From Planctomycetota bacterium (lineage in GTDB: Bacteria; Planctomycetota; Planctomycetia; Pirellulales; UBA1268), in the NCBI GenBank assembly GCA_018970605.1, contig JAGWWA010000003.1:2289-66288 (forward strand): DNA of 64,000 nucleotides, read 5' to 3'. This document shows, piece after piece, positions 26,365 through 35,912 of this stretch (positions are counted from its first letter, which is position 1; each line of letters starts with the position of its first letter). The position numbers were made by a program, and so were the translations under genes. The notes below the pieces were generated by a model. The model worked only from the letters and a program-made list of their open reading frames with translations. It was not told the origin of the DNA and ran no database searches.

Positions 26365-28932
26365 TCAGCGGTCGGCGTACACCCGCGTGATCTCTTCCTT
26401 CGTGATCGGCGCGGGCTGATCGGCACTCGTGAGCTGCACCTGGATTCGCTGATCGCCGGCACGGCGGCCCTTGGCGCGGATGCGGAATACCGCCTCCTCG
26501 GCCGGGGCGAGCTTGGCGAGCGGCTCGAACGTGATCGTCAGGTTGTCCACGCGGTGACCACCGGGGCCCTGGGCCTCGACCGGCTCGAGGTCGCCGAGGA
26601 GGGTGGCTGCGAGCCGCACGCCGGTGGCGGGCTTCGTGCCCTGGTTTCCGACGCGGACGACGTACTCGGTCACGCCGTCGACCTCGATTGGATCCTCACT
26701 GTCAACGACGTCGAACGAGAGCGCGGCAAGCCCCTCGACGTCGCAGGTGTGCGTGACCTGATCGGCGAGGCCATCGGCGCTGCGGGCGGCAGCCACGATC
26801 TTCTGCGGACCGAGTTCAACCGGCATCACCACCATCTGCACCGACCCGGTCTCGCCTGCGGGCAGTTCCTCGAGGTTCCAGAGCACGCGATGGGTGCGGT
26901 CGTCGTGCCAGCCGGCGTTGTTGGCCTTCACGAACTTCATGCCCGGCGGGAGTTGTGCCGCCAGTTCGACGGCCTTGGCCGGTGCGGTGCCGGCGTTGGT
27001 CATGGCGATCGTGCAGGTCGCCGGCCGTTGGAGGAAACGCCGCAGCGGCATGTCGACCGCGAGTTCGAGCGTGGGCGCCGTCACCTCGATCGGCAGCTGG
27101 TGGACCACCTCCACGCCGCCGTCGGCGCGGGCGGCGAGCCTGGCCGCGTGGACGCCCGGGCCGCGTGTACCGAGCACCAGATCGATGGTGCGAGATTCAC
27201 CCGGCCGCAGCTGGCCGACGTCGAACTCGAGTTCGCGTCCCGAGCGGTGCGATACGTTTTCGGGCAGGAATCCCTCGAGAACCACGCCGGTGGCCACGCC
27301 CGTGCCGGGGTTGGTGACGGTGATCGTGACCTGCAGGTCGCGGCCGATGAGGACCGGCTCCGGGGGCGTGCACTCGATCCGGAGGTCGGGCTTCGTGGCC
27401 CGCGAACGGACCGAGGCGTCGGTCCGAAAACTGACGCTCGCCACGCTGCCGACCTCGCCTTCGACCTGCGGCATCACCTCCATCGTGACCACCGCCTGAC
27501 CGCCGGGAGGCAGTGTGCCGAGCGCCCAGACGAGTGCGCCGTCGGCGTCGCCCGAGGCCTGGTTCACCGGGCTCGCGGGGGGCGTGGTGGCCACCAGCGC
27601 CGTGCCCTGTGGGATGGCGTCGCGAAGCAGCACGTCGTGGGCCGTGGCACTTCCGACGTTGCGAACGACGATTTCGTAGCGAGCCGGCTTGCCGACGGAG
27701 ATCTCCCGTGGGCCACGTTTTTCGACCGACACCTGCGGCGTTTGCACGCCCTCGAGTTGCATCGGGCCCGGACGTCCCTGGCCGGTGGCGGGGGGCTGCC
27801 TGGGTGGTGCGGCCGCCGCCGGGTGCTGCTCCGGATCGGCGGCGGCGAGGCCGCCCGGCATCACCGCTGGCGCGGCGGCGAACGGCGAGCCGCCTGAAGC
27901 CACCGTGGCCGTGATCGCGGGCGGGGATGGAGGCATCGCGGCTGCGGACGGCATGGCGGGGGGCGGCACGAATGCGGCTGGTGGAGGCAGCGGTGCGTGC
28001 GGCGCGGGGCCGGCAAACGGCGGCGGTGCGGCGCCGAAGGCAGCGGCGGGTGGAGGCGGCATGGGTGCCTGAGCAGCGGGGGCGGGCTCGGTGGCCGCCG
28101 CCGGAGGAAGCGGATCGGCGGCGGCGAGATCTCCCGTGTCCTCGGGGAGCCTGTCTGGCGTCGGGGCATGCGGTGTCGGCGAGTCCAACTCCGCGTTCAC
28201 GGGCATTGCGAAGGCCGATGGCGGCGAAGGCTCGGCAGCGCGTCCGTCAGACGGCGGTGTCGGTGGCGGGACGACGGATGGAGCATCGGTGGGGGGCAGC
28301 GTGCGGTCGTCGCCCGCCGGCGACATCGGCTGCGAGTCGGCCGATACGTCAGCGGCCACCGGCAGGACCGTGTCAGGCACGGGTTCGAGGTGGGCCGCCG
28401 CGAACCGGGGAAGCGGCCGCGGCGGTGGGATGTCGCCAGATGCGGGCAGTACCGCTTCGGGCATGTCGAGCGACGTCGGCCGGACCGCATAGCGGTCATC
28501 GGCATCGGCGGTGGGTGTTTCATGGCCAGCGGGGCGGCTGTTCCACCGACCACCTCGGGCGGCGGGCTGAGCCGGCGTTGCCTCGTCCATGTGCGGCAGC
28601 ATGTCGGGCTGACGCGTCGTCGCGGTGGTCGCCTCGTCGGTCGGGCGGCGTGATTCGGATGCGTCATCAGCCTGTGCCACGGTGGGCGGTTCTGGGGCCG
28701 ACTCACCGGAAGCGGATCCTCCGCGGCCGATGCCGAGTCCCCAGACGAGACCAAACCCGGCCACCGCGCAGAGGCAGGCGCCGATCACGGCCGAGAGGTT
28801 TGACTGCCGCGGAGGCACCACGAGGTCCTGCCGCGAGCCGCGCGGGCCCGGCGCGACGGCTGGCACGGCCCCGGGCATGGCCTCGGTCCCGGTCTCGGTC
28901 TCGGGCGTGGCTTCGGGCATGGATTCAGACAT
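26365..28932 (-). CDS. membrane-anchored DUF11 (OmcB-like Ig-repeat) protein with long Pro/Ala-rich linker
   Basis: TM AVIGACLCAVAGFGLVWGL; four Ig-like repeats (YEIVVRNVGSATA, ITVTNPGTGVAT, MTNAGTAPA, DSEDPIEV..YVVRVGNQG); AGGAGG RBS. Confidence 0.85.
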   Translation of the reverse strand: MSESMPEATPETETGTEAMPGAVPAVAPGPRGSRQDLVVPPRQSNLSAVIGACLCAVAGFGLVWGLGIGRGGSASGESAPEPPTVAQADDASESRRPTDEATTATTRQPDMLPHMDEATPAQPAARGGRWNSRPAGHETPTADADDRYAVRPTSLDMPEAVLPASGDIPPPRPLPRFAAAHLEPVPDTVLPVAADVSADSQPMSPAGDDRTLPPTDAPSVVPPPTPPSDGRAAEPSPPSAFAMPVNAELDSPTPHAPTPDRLPEDTGDLAAADPLPPAAATEPAPAAQAPMPPPPAAAFGAAPPPFAGPAPHAPLPPPAAFVPPPAMPSAAAMPPSPPAITATVASGGSPFAAAPAVMPGGLAAADPEQHPAAAAPPRQPPATGQGRPGPMQLEGVQTPQVSVEKRGPREISVGKPARYEIVVRNVGSATAHDVLLRDAIPQGTALVATTPPASPVNQASGDADGALVWALGTLPPGGQAVVTMEVMPQVEGEVGSVASVSFRTDASVRSRATKPDLRIECTPPEPVLIGRDLQVTITVTNPGTGVATGVVLEGFLPENVSHRSGRELEFDVGQLRPGESRTIDLVLGTRGPGVHAARLAARADGGVEVVHQLPIEVTAPTLELAVDMPLRRFLQRPATCTIAMTNAGTAPAKAVELAAQLPPGMKFVKANNAGWHDDRTHRVLWNLEELPAGETGSVQMVVMPVELGPQKIVAAARSADGLADQVTHTCDVEGLAALSFDVVDSEDPIEVDGVTEYVVRVGNQGTKPATGVRLAATLLGDLEPVEAQGPGGHRVDNLTITFEPLAKLAPAEEAVFRIRAKGRRAGDQRIQVQLTSADQPAPITKEEITRVYADR

Positions 28933-29056
28933 GCGACAACCCTCCTGGCCTCATGGCGTCGGCGTGGCACACCCCGGCGTCTGCGGGAAGTAGCAAAGCC
29001 CGCGGCCAGGGAGAAGGTCAGTCGATCGCGGTGGCTGTCCGGGAGAGGGACGGCGA

Positions 29057-29950
29057 TCAGGCGGACGCGAGAATCTGGCGAAGATGGAAGTGAAACTTTC
29101 CCAGGGCGCCGCCGTAGTTGCCGGCTGAGATCGCCGGCACGTCGTTGCCGGCGGCGGCACGGATGCCCGCAGCCATGGCGGTGGCCACGGCCTGCTCCGA
29201 CGAACCGTCGATCACGAGCTCCAGGCAGGCGGTCGCGTCGGGATGAAGGCTCGTGGGTTCGCGGCCGACGAGGCTGGGGCAGAAGGCCTCGTTGGTGGAC
29301 GCCCGCAGGGACTCGTAGATCGACCCGACCTTGCTTCCCGACCGGACGACGCCCCCCGGAAACGGTGTGATCGTGCCGGGTAGCGGTTCGATCGCGGCCA
29401 CGGCCCGGCGGGCAGCGGCGAGTGCGGCCTCGATGGATCGGCCCTGGATGACGAAGTTGCCCCCGCCGATCCCCTTGGCGACGCCGGCCGTCTCCTCGAC
29501 GAGGAACTCACCGTCCATCACGGGGATTCTCCAGAAGCGGCGCCCCTCGATGACCTTGGTTTTCTCGCGGCCATCGCCGAAAAACCGCACGTGGCCGCCG
29601 AGCGGAACCCGCTCCGACTCCGATGGCAGGCCATCGAAGACCGCCGTGGTGGGGCAGGTGAGGAGGCATTGGCTGGTCCGGTTGGCGACCGCCTTGGCGA
29701 GGGCCTCCGTCGAAAAGCCGAACAGCATGATCGACGCTCCGGGACGGCCGTCGGGCGTGTCGTCCGCGGAGATTCGCCGCTCGACGCCCACCTCGGCATC
29801 GCAACCGATCACGCTGGTGCCGTATCCGCATGTTGCCCGGATGGCCGCGTCGAGCCAATGGCCGTCGTGGGCCGTGACGAGCAGGCGGGCGAACCGGAGG
29901 CGAAACGCCTCGGCGAAGGTGTCGAGGATATGCGTGGTGCCGATGTGCAC
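29057..29950 (-). CDS. fhcD: formylmethanofuran:tetrahydromethanopterin formyltransferase (Ftr/FhcD)
   Basis: DTFAEAF, TSVIGCDAEVG, TPDGRPG, QCLLTCPTTA, GGGNF, PFPGGVVRSGSKVGS, SAGNYGGALG. Confidence 0.92.
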   Translation of the reverse strand: MHIGTTHILDTFAEAFRLRFARLLVTAHDGHWLDAAIRATCGYGTSVIGCDAEVGVERRISADDTPDGRPGASIMLFGFSTEALAKAVANRTSQCLLTCPTTAVFDGLPSESERVPLGGHVRFFGDGREKTKVIEGRRFWRIPVMDGEFLVEETAGVAKGIGGGNFVIQGRSIEAALAAARRAVAAIEPLPGTITPFPGGVVRSGSKVGSIYESLRASTNEAFCPSLVGREPTSLHPDATACLELVIDGSSEQAVATAMAAGIRAAAGNDVPAISAGNYGGALGKFHFHLRQILASA

Positions 29951-30094
29951 GCGGGGTTCTCCTTGCTGCGAGAAAAGCCTCGGGCGGTGGGCCGCCGAGT
30001 CGAGTCGGGTGTTCCCACCGTCGAGGGATCGCGTATCTTAAGGTTTCCCGCCGCGCGCCTGGGTTGCGGTGGGCTGAACGTCCCGCCGGGAAGG

Positions 30095-32437
30095 ATGCCG
30101 CCGATGATGTCGCTGTTTCTCTGGGTGATGCCCCGCCGCGTCTGGGTGGGATCGGCCTTCCGCCGCGGCTCGCTTGCCTGCCTCGCGCTGGCGGCGAGTG
30201 CGGCCGCAGTGACGGCCGACGAACCCGCGACCTCGCGTCTCGGAGGCCTGGGGGTGGCGATGGTTCCGCAGGACGCCGCGTTTTTGTCGTCGTCGCTTCG
30301 GATCAGGGAGCAGTACGACGCGATCGTGAACAGCAACGCGTGGAAGTCGATCCTGCAACTCCCCGCGGTGCGGCGGGCCCTCGACTCGCTCGACGAGCAG
30401 CGTTCCACGCCCGGGAGTCCGTTCTCGACATTCGACACGTTCATGCAACTGCCGGAGAACGAGGATGCGGTCGAACTCCTCGCCGACATGGTGGCGACCG
30501 ACACGTTCGTCTACGGCGAGCCGTCGTGCGTGTCGTTCTGGCAACTCGTTCGCAAGCTGGCCGATGCGCAGCAGCAGGCCGGCGTCGGCGAGGCGACCGA
30601 CGGCGAGGTCGACATCGTCGTCGAGTCGATCGAGGATGAGGATGGCGAGACGGAACTCCGCGGCGGGGCGGTCGACTCGGTCGATGCCGTTCGGCAGGCC
30701 CGCGCGGTGATCACCGCCCTGGCCGGCAATCTCGATCTGCTCGTGGTGCCCGACCTCGTCTGGGGTTTCAAGACCGCGAAGGGAGACCTCGCCACCGACC
30801 AGATCAAGCGGCTCGAGGTTCTCGCCACCCTCATGCTCCAGGCCGATCCCGATCTCGCTCAGGCGGTCACCCGGCGGAAGGTCGCCGGCGGCGACTTCCT
30901 CACGTTCACACTCGACGGGGCGTTGGCGCCCTGGGACGAGATCGAACGGTCGGCCGTCGAGACGACCGACGACGCCAAGGGCGTGGCGAAGGTCTTCGGG
31001 CGGCTCAAGCAACTCGACGTCGTGGTCGCCATCGGTCGGGTGGGCGACTGGGTGATCGTGTCGCTGGGCGACTCGGCCGATCACCTCGAGAAGCTCGTCC
31101 TGCCGAACGGTGGGCGGAAGGGGCTGCTGACGCTGCCCGCCCTCGCACCGCTCGTGGAACACGGCGACAAGCGTCTCACGGGCATCGCGTACATGAGCGA
31201 ATCACTCTGCGAGGCCGTGAACTCGTCGCGGTCCGACGTGGAGTCGCTGCTGGGCGTCGTCGAGCAGCTCGACGAATCGGCAGGCGTGACAGCCGAAGCC
31301 AAGAAGGACTTCCGCGGCCTCGCCGAGACGATCGTCGACGAGTGGGGCAAGCGGGTGCCGGAGCCGGGCCCGTGGCTCGCGTTCTCGTTTCTCGCCGACC
31401 GCGGCTACGAAGGCTATTCCTGGAACTGGGCGCGGAACCAGCCGTTCGACGGCACGAAACGGCTCGACCTGCTCGAGCACGCCGGCGGCGCGCCCCTGGG
31501 CGTGATGGTCTCCAGGATGAAGAACGACCCGGAGGGAATCGACGCGGCCGTCGACATCATCCGGGGGGCGTGGGCATTGTTTCAGAAGCACGGCCGACCT
31601 GAGATGGGGATCGACGACCGCGAGAAGCTCGATGCGTTTTCCGAGCACGTGGCGCCGCTGGGCGGCAAGTTCGCCGCGATCCTGCGAGACAAGCTTGCCA
31701 AGTCATTGGCCGACGGGCAGATCGGCCTGGTGCTCGACTCCAAGGCAAGGACCAAGCGAATCCAAGGTGAGCTGCCGCCCTCGGCCGAGCCGCTTCCGCT
31801 CATCGAGCCCGCCGTGGTCGTGTCGCTTGCCGACCCGAAGCTCTTCAAGGAGGGGCTCAGCGACCTGTTCGCGCTCGGCGACGATCTCACCGATGCCCTA
31901 CGGCAGATGGACCCCGGCACCGTTCCCGAAGGCTACCGGATTCCCGAGCCCGAGAAGTCCAAGGGGGACGAGGGCTCCGTGTGGTCGTGGAAGCTCCTGA
32001 ACAGCCGTCTGGACGAGCAGATTCGCCCGACGATCGGAGTGGGCGACGACGTGGCGGTGTTCTCAATGGCGCCCAAGCAAGCCGGGCGGATGCTCGTGGA
32101 GAGCCGGCTCGAGACGGGTTCGCAGCTCGCCACGTTCGACGAACCGCTGGCGTCGGCGGCGGCCTTCGACGTCGCCGGCGTGATCGATGCGATCGAACCC
32201 TGGGTCACCTACCTCACCCGCTACGGCTGCGTGCAGGAACGGGATGGTGCGGTCGATCCCGACGACGAACTGACCGCGGCCGACGAGAATGAGCAGGCCA
32301 AGGAGGTGCTCGAGCACGTGCAGGTGGTGCTCGCCGCGGCCAAGTCGCTCCGGGCGGCTGCGGCCGAGACGTCGTATCAGGGCGATGCCCTGGTCACCCA
32401 CTGGCGAAACGTCATCCGCGACACTCCGGCGAAGTGA
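30095..32437 (+). CDS. large exported hypothetical protein
   Basis: Signal-like RRGSLACLALAASAAAVTA; long acidic ORF with coding-like codon usage; start uncertain (30095-30128). Confidence 0.75.
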   Translation: MPPMMSLFLWVMPRRVWVGSAFRRGSLACLALAASAAAVTADEPATSRLGGLGVAMVPQDAAFLSSSLRIREQYDAIVNSNAWKSILQLPAVRRALDSLDEQRSTPGSPFSTFDTFMQLPENEDAVELLADMVATDTFVYGEPSCVSFWQLVRKLADAQQQAGVGEATDGEVDIVVESIEDEDGETELRGGAVDSVDAVRQARAVITALAGNLDLLVVPDLVWGFKTAKGDLATDQIKRLEVLATLMLQADPDLAQAVTRRKVAGGDFLTFTLDGALAPWDEIERSAVETTDDAKGVAKVFGRLKQLDVVVAIGRVGDWVIVSLGDSADHLEKLVLPNGGRKGLLTLPALAPLVEHGDKRLTGIAYMSESLCEAVNSSRSDVESLLGVVEQLDESAGVTAEAKKDFRGLAETIVDEWGKRVPEPGPWLAFSFLADRGYEGYSWNWARNQPFDGTKRLDLLEHAGGAPLGVMVSRMKNDPEGIDAAVDIIRGAWALFQKHGRPEMGIDDREKLDAFSEHVAPLGGKFAAILRDKLAKSLADGQIGLVLDSKARTKRIQGELPPSAEPLPLIEPAVVVSLADPKLFKEGLSDLFALGDDLTDALRQMDPGTVPEGYRIPEPEKSKGDEGSVWSWKLLNSRLDEQIRPTIGVGDDVAVFSMAPKQAGRMLVESRLETGSQLATFDEPLASAAAFDVAGVIDAIEPWVTYLTRYGCVQERDGAVDPDDELTAADENEQAKEVLEHVQVVLAAAKSLRAAAAETSYQGDALVTHWRNVIRDTPAK

Positions 32438-33542
32438 CCAGGCGGTTCCCGATCGTGCCGCGAATCAGGATGTCGCCGCCAGGGAACGACACGTGTTCGA
32501 CCGCGAGCCGCGGCACGTCCTGAAGCGGTGCCGATCCCCCGGTCGTGCCGCCCCCGAGGATGATCGGCGCGACGAAGGCCCAGACCTCGTCGACCTGATC
32601 GGCCGCGAGCATTCCGGCGAGCAGGGTCGGCCCTCCCTCCACGAGCAGGTTCGTCAGCCGTCGGCGTCCGAGTTCGGCAAGCAAGGCCGCCGTGCGGGCG
32701 GCCGGATCGGCCTCGTCTCCCCGCCAGACTTCACAGCCGGCTGCCTCGAGCGCCGCCACCCGATCGTGCGGCGCACGCGGACCGACGGCGACGAGCACCG
32801 TCAGCTGGCGCGCCGTGCGGACGAGCTTGCTCGTGAGCGGCAACCGGGCCTGGCTGTCGAACACGATCCGCAGCGGCTGTCGTGGCCCCGCCGACGATCC
32901 GTCGGCCGGCCTCGCCGTCAGCAGCGGGTCGTCGGCGACCGCCGTGTCGATGCCGACGGCGATGGCATCGATGCGGCTTCGCAGGTCGTGAACGATCCCG
33001 CGCGACTCGACCGACGAGATCCAACGGTCCTGGCCGGGCGAGGCCGTGAGCCGGCCGTCGAGGCTCATCGCCCACTTGGCGATCACCCAGGGCCGGCCCT
33101 GGGTCACGAGCGTCCGGAACGGCGCCGTGAGCCGCTCGGCTTCGGCGGCGAGCAGGCCCGTCTCGACATCGATGCCGGCTGCACGAAGCGCCTCGATTCC
33201 GCGGCCGGCGACCGCCGGAAACGGGTCGCCTGCGGCGACGATCACGCGAGCGATCCCCGCGGCACGGATCGCATCGGTGCACGGGGGGGTCTTGCCGTGG
33301 TGGCAGCAGGGCTCGAGCGTGACGCAGAGAGTCGCGCCCCGGGCCTGGGAGCCGGCGGCGCGCAGCGCCGCGACCTCCGCGTGCGGTCCACCGAACCGCT
33401 CATGCCAGCCTTCGCCGACGATCTCGCCGTCCCTGATGACGACGGCGCCGACCAGGGGATTGGGCTCGACAAAACCGCGGCCACGGGCCGCGAGTTCGAG
33501 CGCCCGTCGCATCGCCGTCACATCGAAGGCCGCACGTGCCAT
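32412..33542 (-). CDS. ribD: bifunctional riboflavin deaminase/reductase
   Basis: PNPLVGAV, HAE, TLEPCCHHGKTPPC, KWAMSLDG, DDPLLTAR, LLVEGG. Confidence 0.95.
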   Translation of the reverse strand: MARAAFDVTAMRRALELAARGRGFVEPNPLVGAVVIRDGEIVGEGWHERFGGPHAEVAALRAAGSQARGATLCVTLEPCCHHGKTPPCTDAIRAAGIARVIVAAGDPFPAVAGRGIEALRAAGIDVETGLLAAEAERLTAPFRTLVTQGRPWVIAKWAMSLDGRLTASPGQDRWISSVESRGIVHDLRSRIDAIAVGIDTAVADDPLLTARPADGSSAGPRQPLRIVFDSQARLPLTSKLVRTARQLTVLVAVGPRAPHDRVAALEAAGCEVWRGDEADPAARTAALLAELGRRRLTNLLVEGGPTLLAGMLAADQVDEVWAFVAPIILGGGTTGGSAPLQDVPRLAVEHVSFPGGDILIRGTIGNRLVTSPECRG

Positions 33543-33550
33543 GGGCCGCG

Positions 33551-35740
33551 TCAGTTCGGCGTCCAGATGACCTTCTTCTCGCCGCCGCCCGCGGCGGACG
33601 ATTCGCCTCCCGGCGTCCAGAGCTTGCCAGCCTCGGCGGCCGGCGCCGCTGCGGGGATCGCGGCACCGCCGGCTGGGCCCGCGCCGCCCGGCATCGCCCT
33701 GCCGGCGAGGGCCGAGATGTCGATCCCCGCCTCCATCAGCACCTCGGCGAAGGCCTGGATCACCTGCTGGTCGCGGCCGTGCTCGCGGCGGACGTGCTCG
33801 AGCAGCCGCACCACGTCGGCCTCGTCGCCCCGCTGCATCCGGACGCGGAGTTCGGCCACGTCGAGCATGCCATCGTTGGCCTTGAGCGTCTTGGCTATGC
33901 CGCGAAGCTCGGCGATGATCTCGAGCTTGCGGACGCTCGAACTGGCTCGTTCCTCGAGCGCCCCGAGTGCCTCCCAGCGATCGGCAGGCGTGGCGTCGGG
34001 CCGGGCAGCGAGGGCCTCGGCCGCGAGGCCGGCCGCCTTTTCGAAACCGGCATCGAGAGACGTCACCAAGACTCCGCGGAGTTCGTCGATCGAGAGCTTC
34101 GCCATGTCGAGCCGATGCCAGCGCAGGGGCGGCACCGCGTCTTCAAAGGGCTGCGTCGAATCGACGGTCGCCGGCCGCTGCATGCCCAGCCGCTCCCGAA
34201 CCGCGGTCCACGCCGCGGAGGCGTCGGGTCGTCGTGCCGTCGCCTCCCCCTCGTCCACCAACGCCGCCACCCGGAGGGCCGTCTGGGGATCGCGAAGGGC
34301 CTCGCGAGGAGTCTTGCCGAGCAGTTCCGGCAGGGGCGTGTCGGGCCAGACGGCGAGGAAGCGGTCCCAGAGCGCCTTCCGTTGCTCCTCGACGAACGAG
34401 TCGAAGAATGACGGCTGGCCGGCAGGTGCCGGCGGCGGTGCCGACGTCGGCTGCTGCATGCGGAACTGCGATCCCATCAGCCAGTTCGTCGGCGAGACCG
34501 CCGGCATCGACTCGGTCGTCATCTCGGCACCAAACGCGCAACCGACCGTCGCCTCGACGGCGGGCCGGGCCTGCTCGACGTCGGCCGCGAATCCCTGCAA
34601 AACCGCCTCGGGTTCACGATCGGTCTGCCGGCCGAAGATCAGGAGCGTCGCCAGCAGCCGCGCCGGCGAGCCATCGTCGTAGACCCGCCACGCGGAACGC
34701 GGCGGGGCCGCGCCGCGCGAGACCCACTGGGCACGGTCGAAGGCCGCCTGGTCAAACCTCCCGGCGTGGCGGATCTTGTCTTCCAAGAGGTCGATGGCGG
34801 CGCTGCCCTCCTCGCCCGCGGGCACCGCCAGCGGGGCGATCCGGCTGGCAAATCGCACCAGCGGCGAGCGGTCGGGGTCGGCCTCGGTCTCGAGCGTCAT
34901 CGCCCGGCCGGTCATCTCGACGGCGTCGTCATGGGGCGTGCCGTTCATCCGTGCCACCGTCAGCCATGCCTCCGAGGCCTCGACGGGTCGGGCGAGCATC
35001 TCGCAGAGCACGGCGATGTTGGTGAAGAGCGGCCGCGAATCGCCCGCCACGCCCTTGAGGCTGCGGAATGCCGTCAGTGCCTTCGACAGTCGCCAGTGCC
35101 GCGCATGGTCGAGCGCGGTGTCGAACTCGATCCGCCACGGTGAGTCGCCCTCGAGGGGCTCCAGCCGCATCCTCGTTCGCAGCGCCGCCGGCACGCCGGA
35201 CGAGCCGACGATCGCCGCCAGCAGCCGCCGTTCCTCCTCGGTGCCGAGTCCGGCGTCGCCGAGCCAGTCGACGATCCCCTGTGCGAAGCCGACGTGGCCG
35301 AGTTGGGCTGCGGCCTGGACGAGCGTGGCGGCGATCCGCACGAGTTCGGCCGATGCCTCCGCCCCTGCGCCCGCGGCTGCGGCGCGGGCTTTGTCGAACA
35401 AGGCCGCGGCTTCCTGCACGCGGCCGGCGAGCGCGTCGTTGATCGCGGCATGGCCGAGGGCCAGCGGATTGTCGGGGAAGGCGTCGAGGAAGGCCTTGCT
35501 GCTGGCCGCCGCCTCGGCGTATCGCTTCGATGCCAGTTCCAGCTTGGTTCGCGTGGCCATCAGGCAGGCCCGGCCTGGGTGCTTTTCCTCGAGCCGCCTC
35601 ACCTGGTCGAGGGCGGCGGACACCTGGTCACCCTCCACGAGCGTGTCGAGCTGCTCGAGATCGCCGACGAGATCGGCGCAGCAGAACTTGATCTTCTTGC
35701 CGGTGCCACCGGGGCAGGGGGCGTAGGTGTCGATCGCCAT
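33551..35740 (-). CDS. helical-repeat (TPR-like) protein with N-terminal SEC-C-like Cys motif
   Basis: YAPCPGGTGKKIKFCC N-terminus; helical repeats; C-terminal repeated LWTP/IWTP. Confidence 0.75.
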   Translation of the reverse strand: MAIDTYAPCPGGTGKKIKFCCADLVGDLEQLDTLVEGDQVSAALDQVRRLEEKHPGRACLMATRTKLELASKRYAEAAASSKAFLDAFPDNPLALGHAAINDALAGRVQEAAALFDKARAAAAGAGAEASAELVRIAATLVQAAAQLGHVGFAQGIVDWLGDAGLGTEEERRLLAAIVGSSGVPAALRTRMRLEPLEGDSPWRIEFDTALDHARHWRLSKALTAFRSLKGVAGDSRPLFTNIAVLCEMLARPVEASEAWLTVARMNGTPHDDAVEMTGRAMTLETEADPDRSPLVRFASRIAPLAVPAGEEGSAAIDLLEDKIRHAGRFDQAAFDRAQWVSRGAAPPRSAWRVYDDGSPARLLATLLIFGRQTDREPEAVLQGFAADVEQARPAVEATVGCAFGAEMTTESMPAVSPTNWLMGSQFRMQQPTSAPPPAPAGQPSFFDSFVEEQRKALWDRFLAVWPDTPLPELLGKTPREALRDPQTALRVAALVDEGEATARRPDASAAWTAVRERLGMQRPATVDSTQPFEDAVPPLRWHRLDMAKLSIDELRGVLVTSLDAGFEKAAGLAAEALAARPDATPADRWEALGALEERASSSVRKLEIIAELRGIAKTLKANDGMLDVAELRVRMQRGDEADVVRLLEHVRREHGRDQQVIQAFAEVLMEAGIDISALAGRAMPGGAGPAGGAAIPAAAPAAEAGKLWTPGGESSAAGGGEKKVIWTPN

Positions 35741-35912
35741 GCGCGAAGGGGCTCCGAAGGCCGCGAAAACGCCGAATCAAACCGAGTTCGAATGTACCAG
35801 AGGCACCTGTCGGCGAAAGCGGCGACGGCGGTTGCCCGGTGCCACAGGTGGTTGCATACTTGTCGCGGCAGACGCACGGTTGGCGGCCGCATGGCGTCCA
35901 AGGTGCGGTTTC

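Noticed and set aside
32412-32437. 26-bp convergent overlap of ribD and the hypothetical gene
   Set aside because: Short 3' overlaps are common in GC-rich genomes and nothing suggests a special function.
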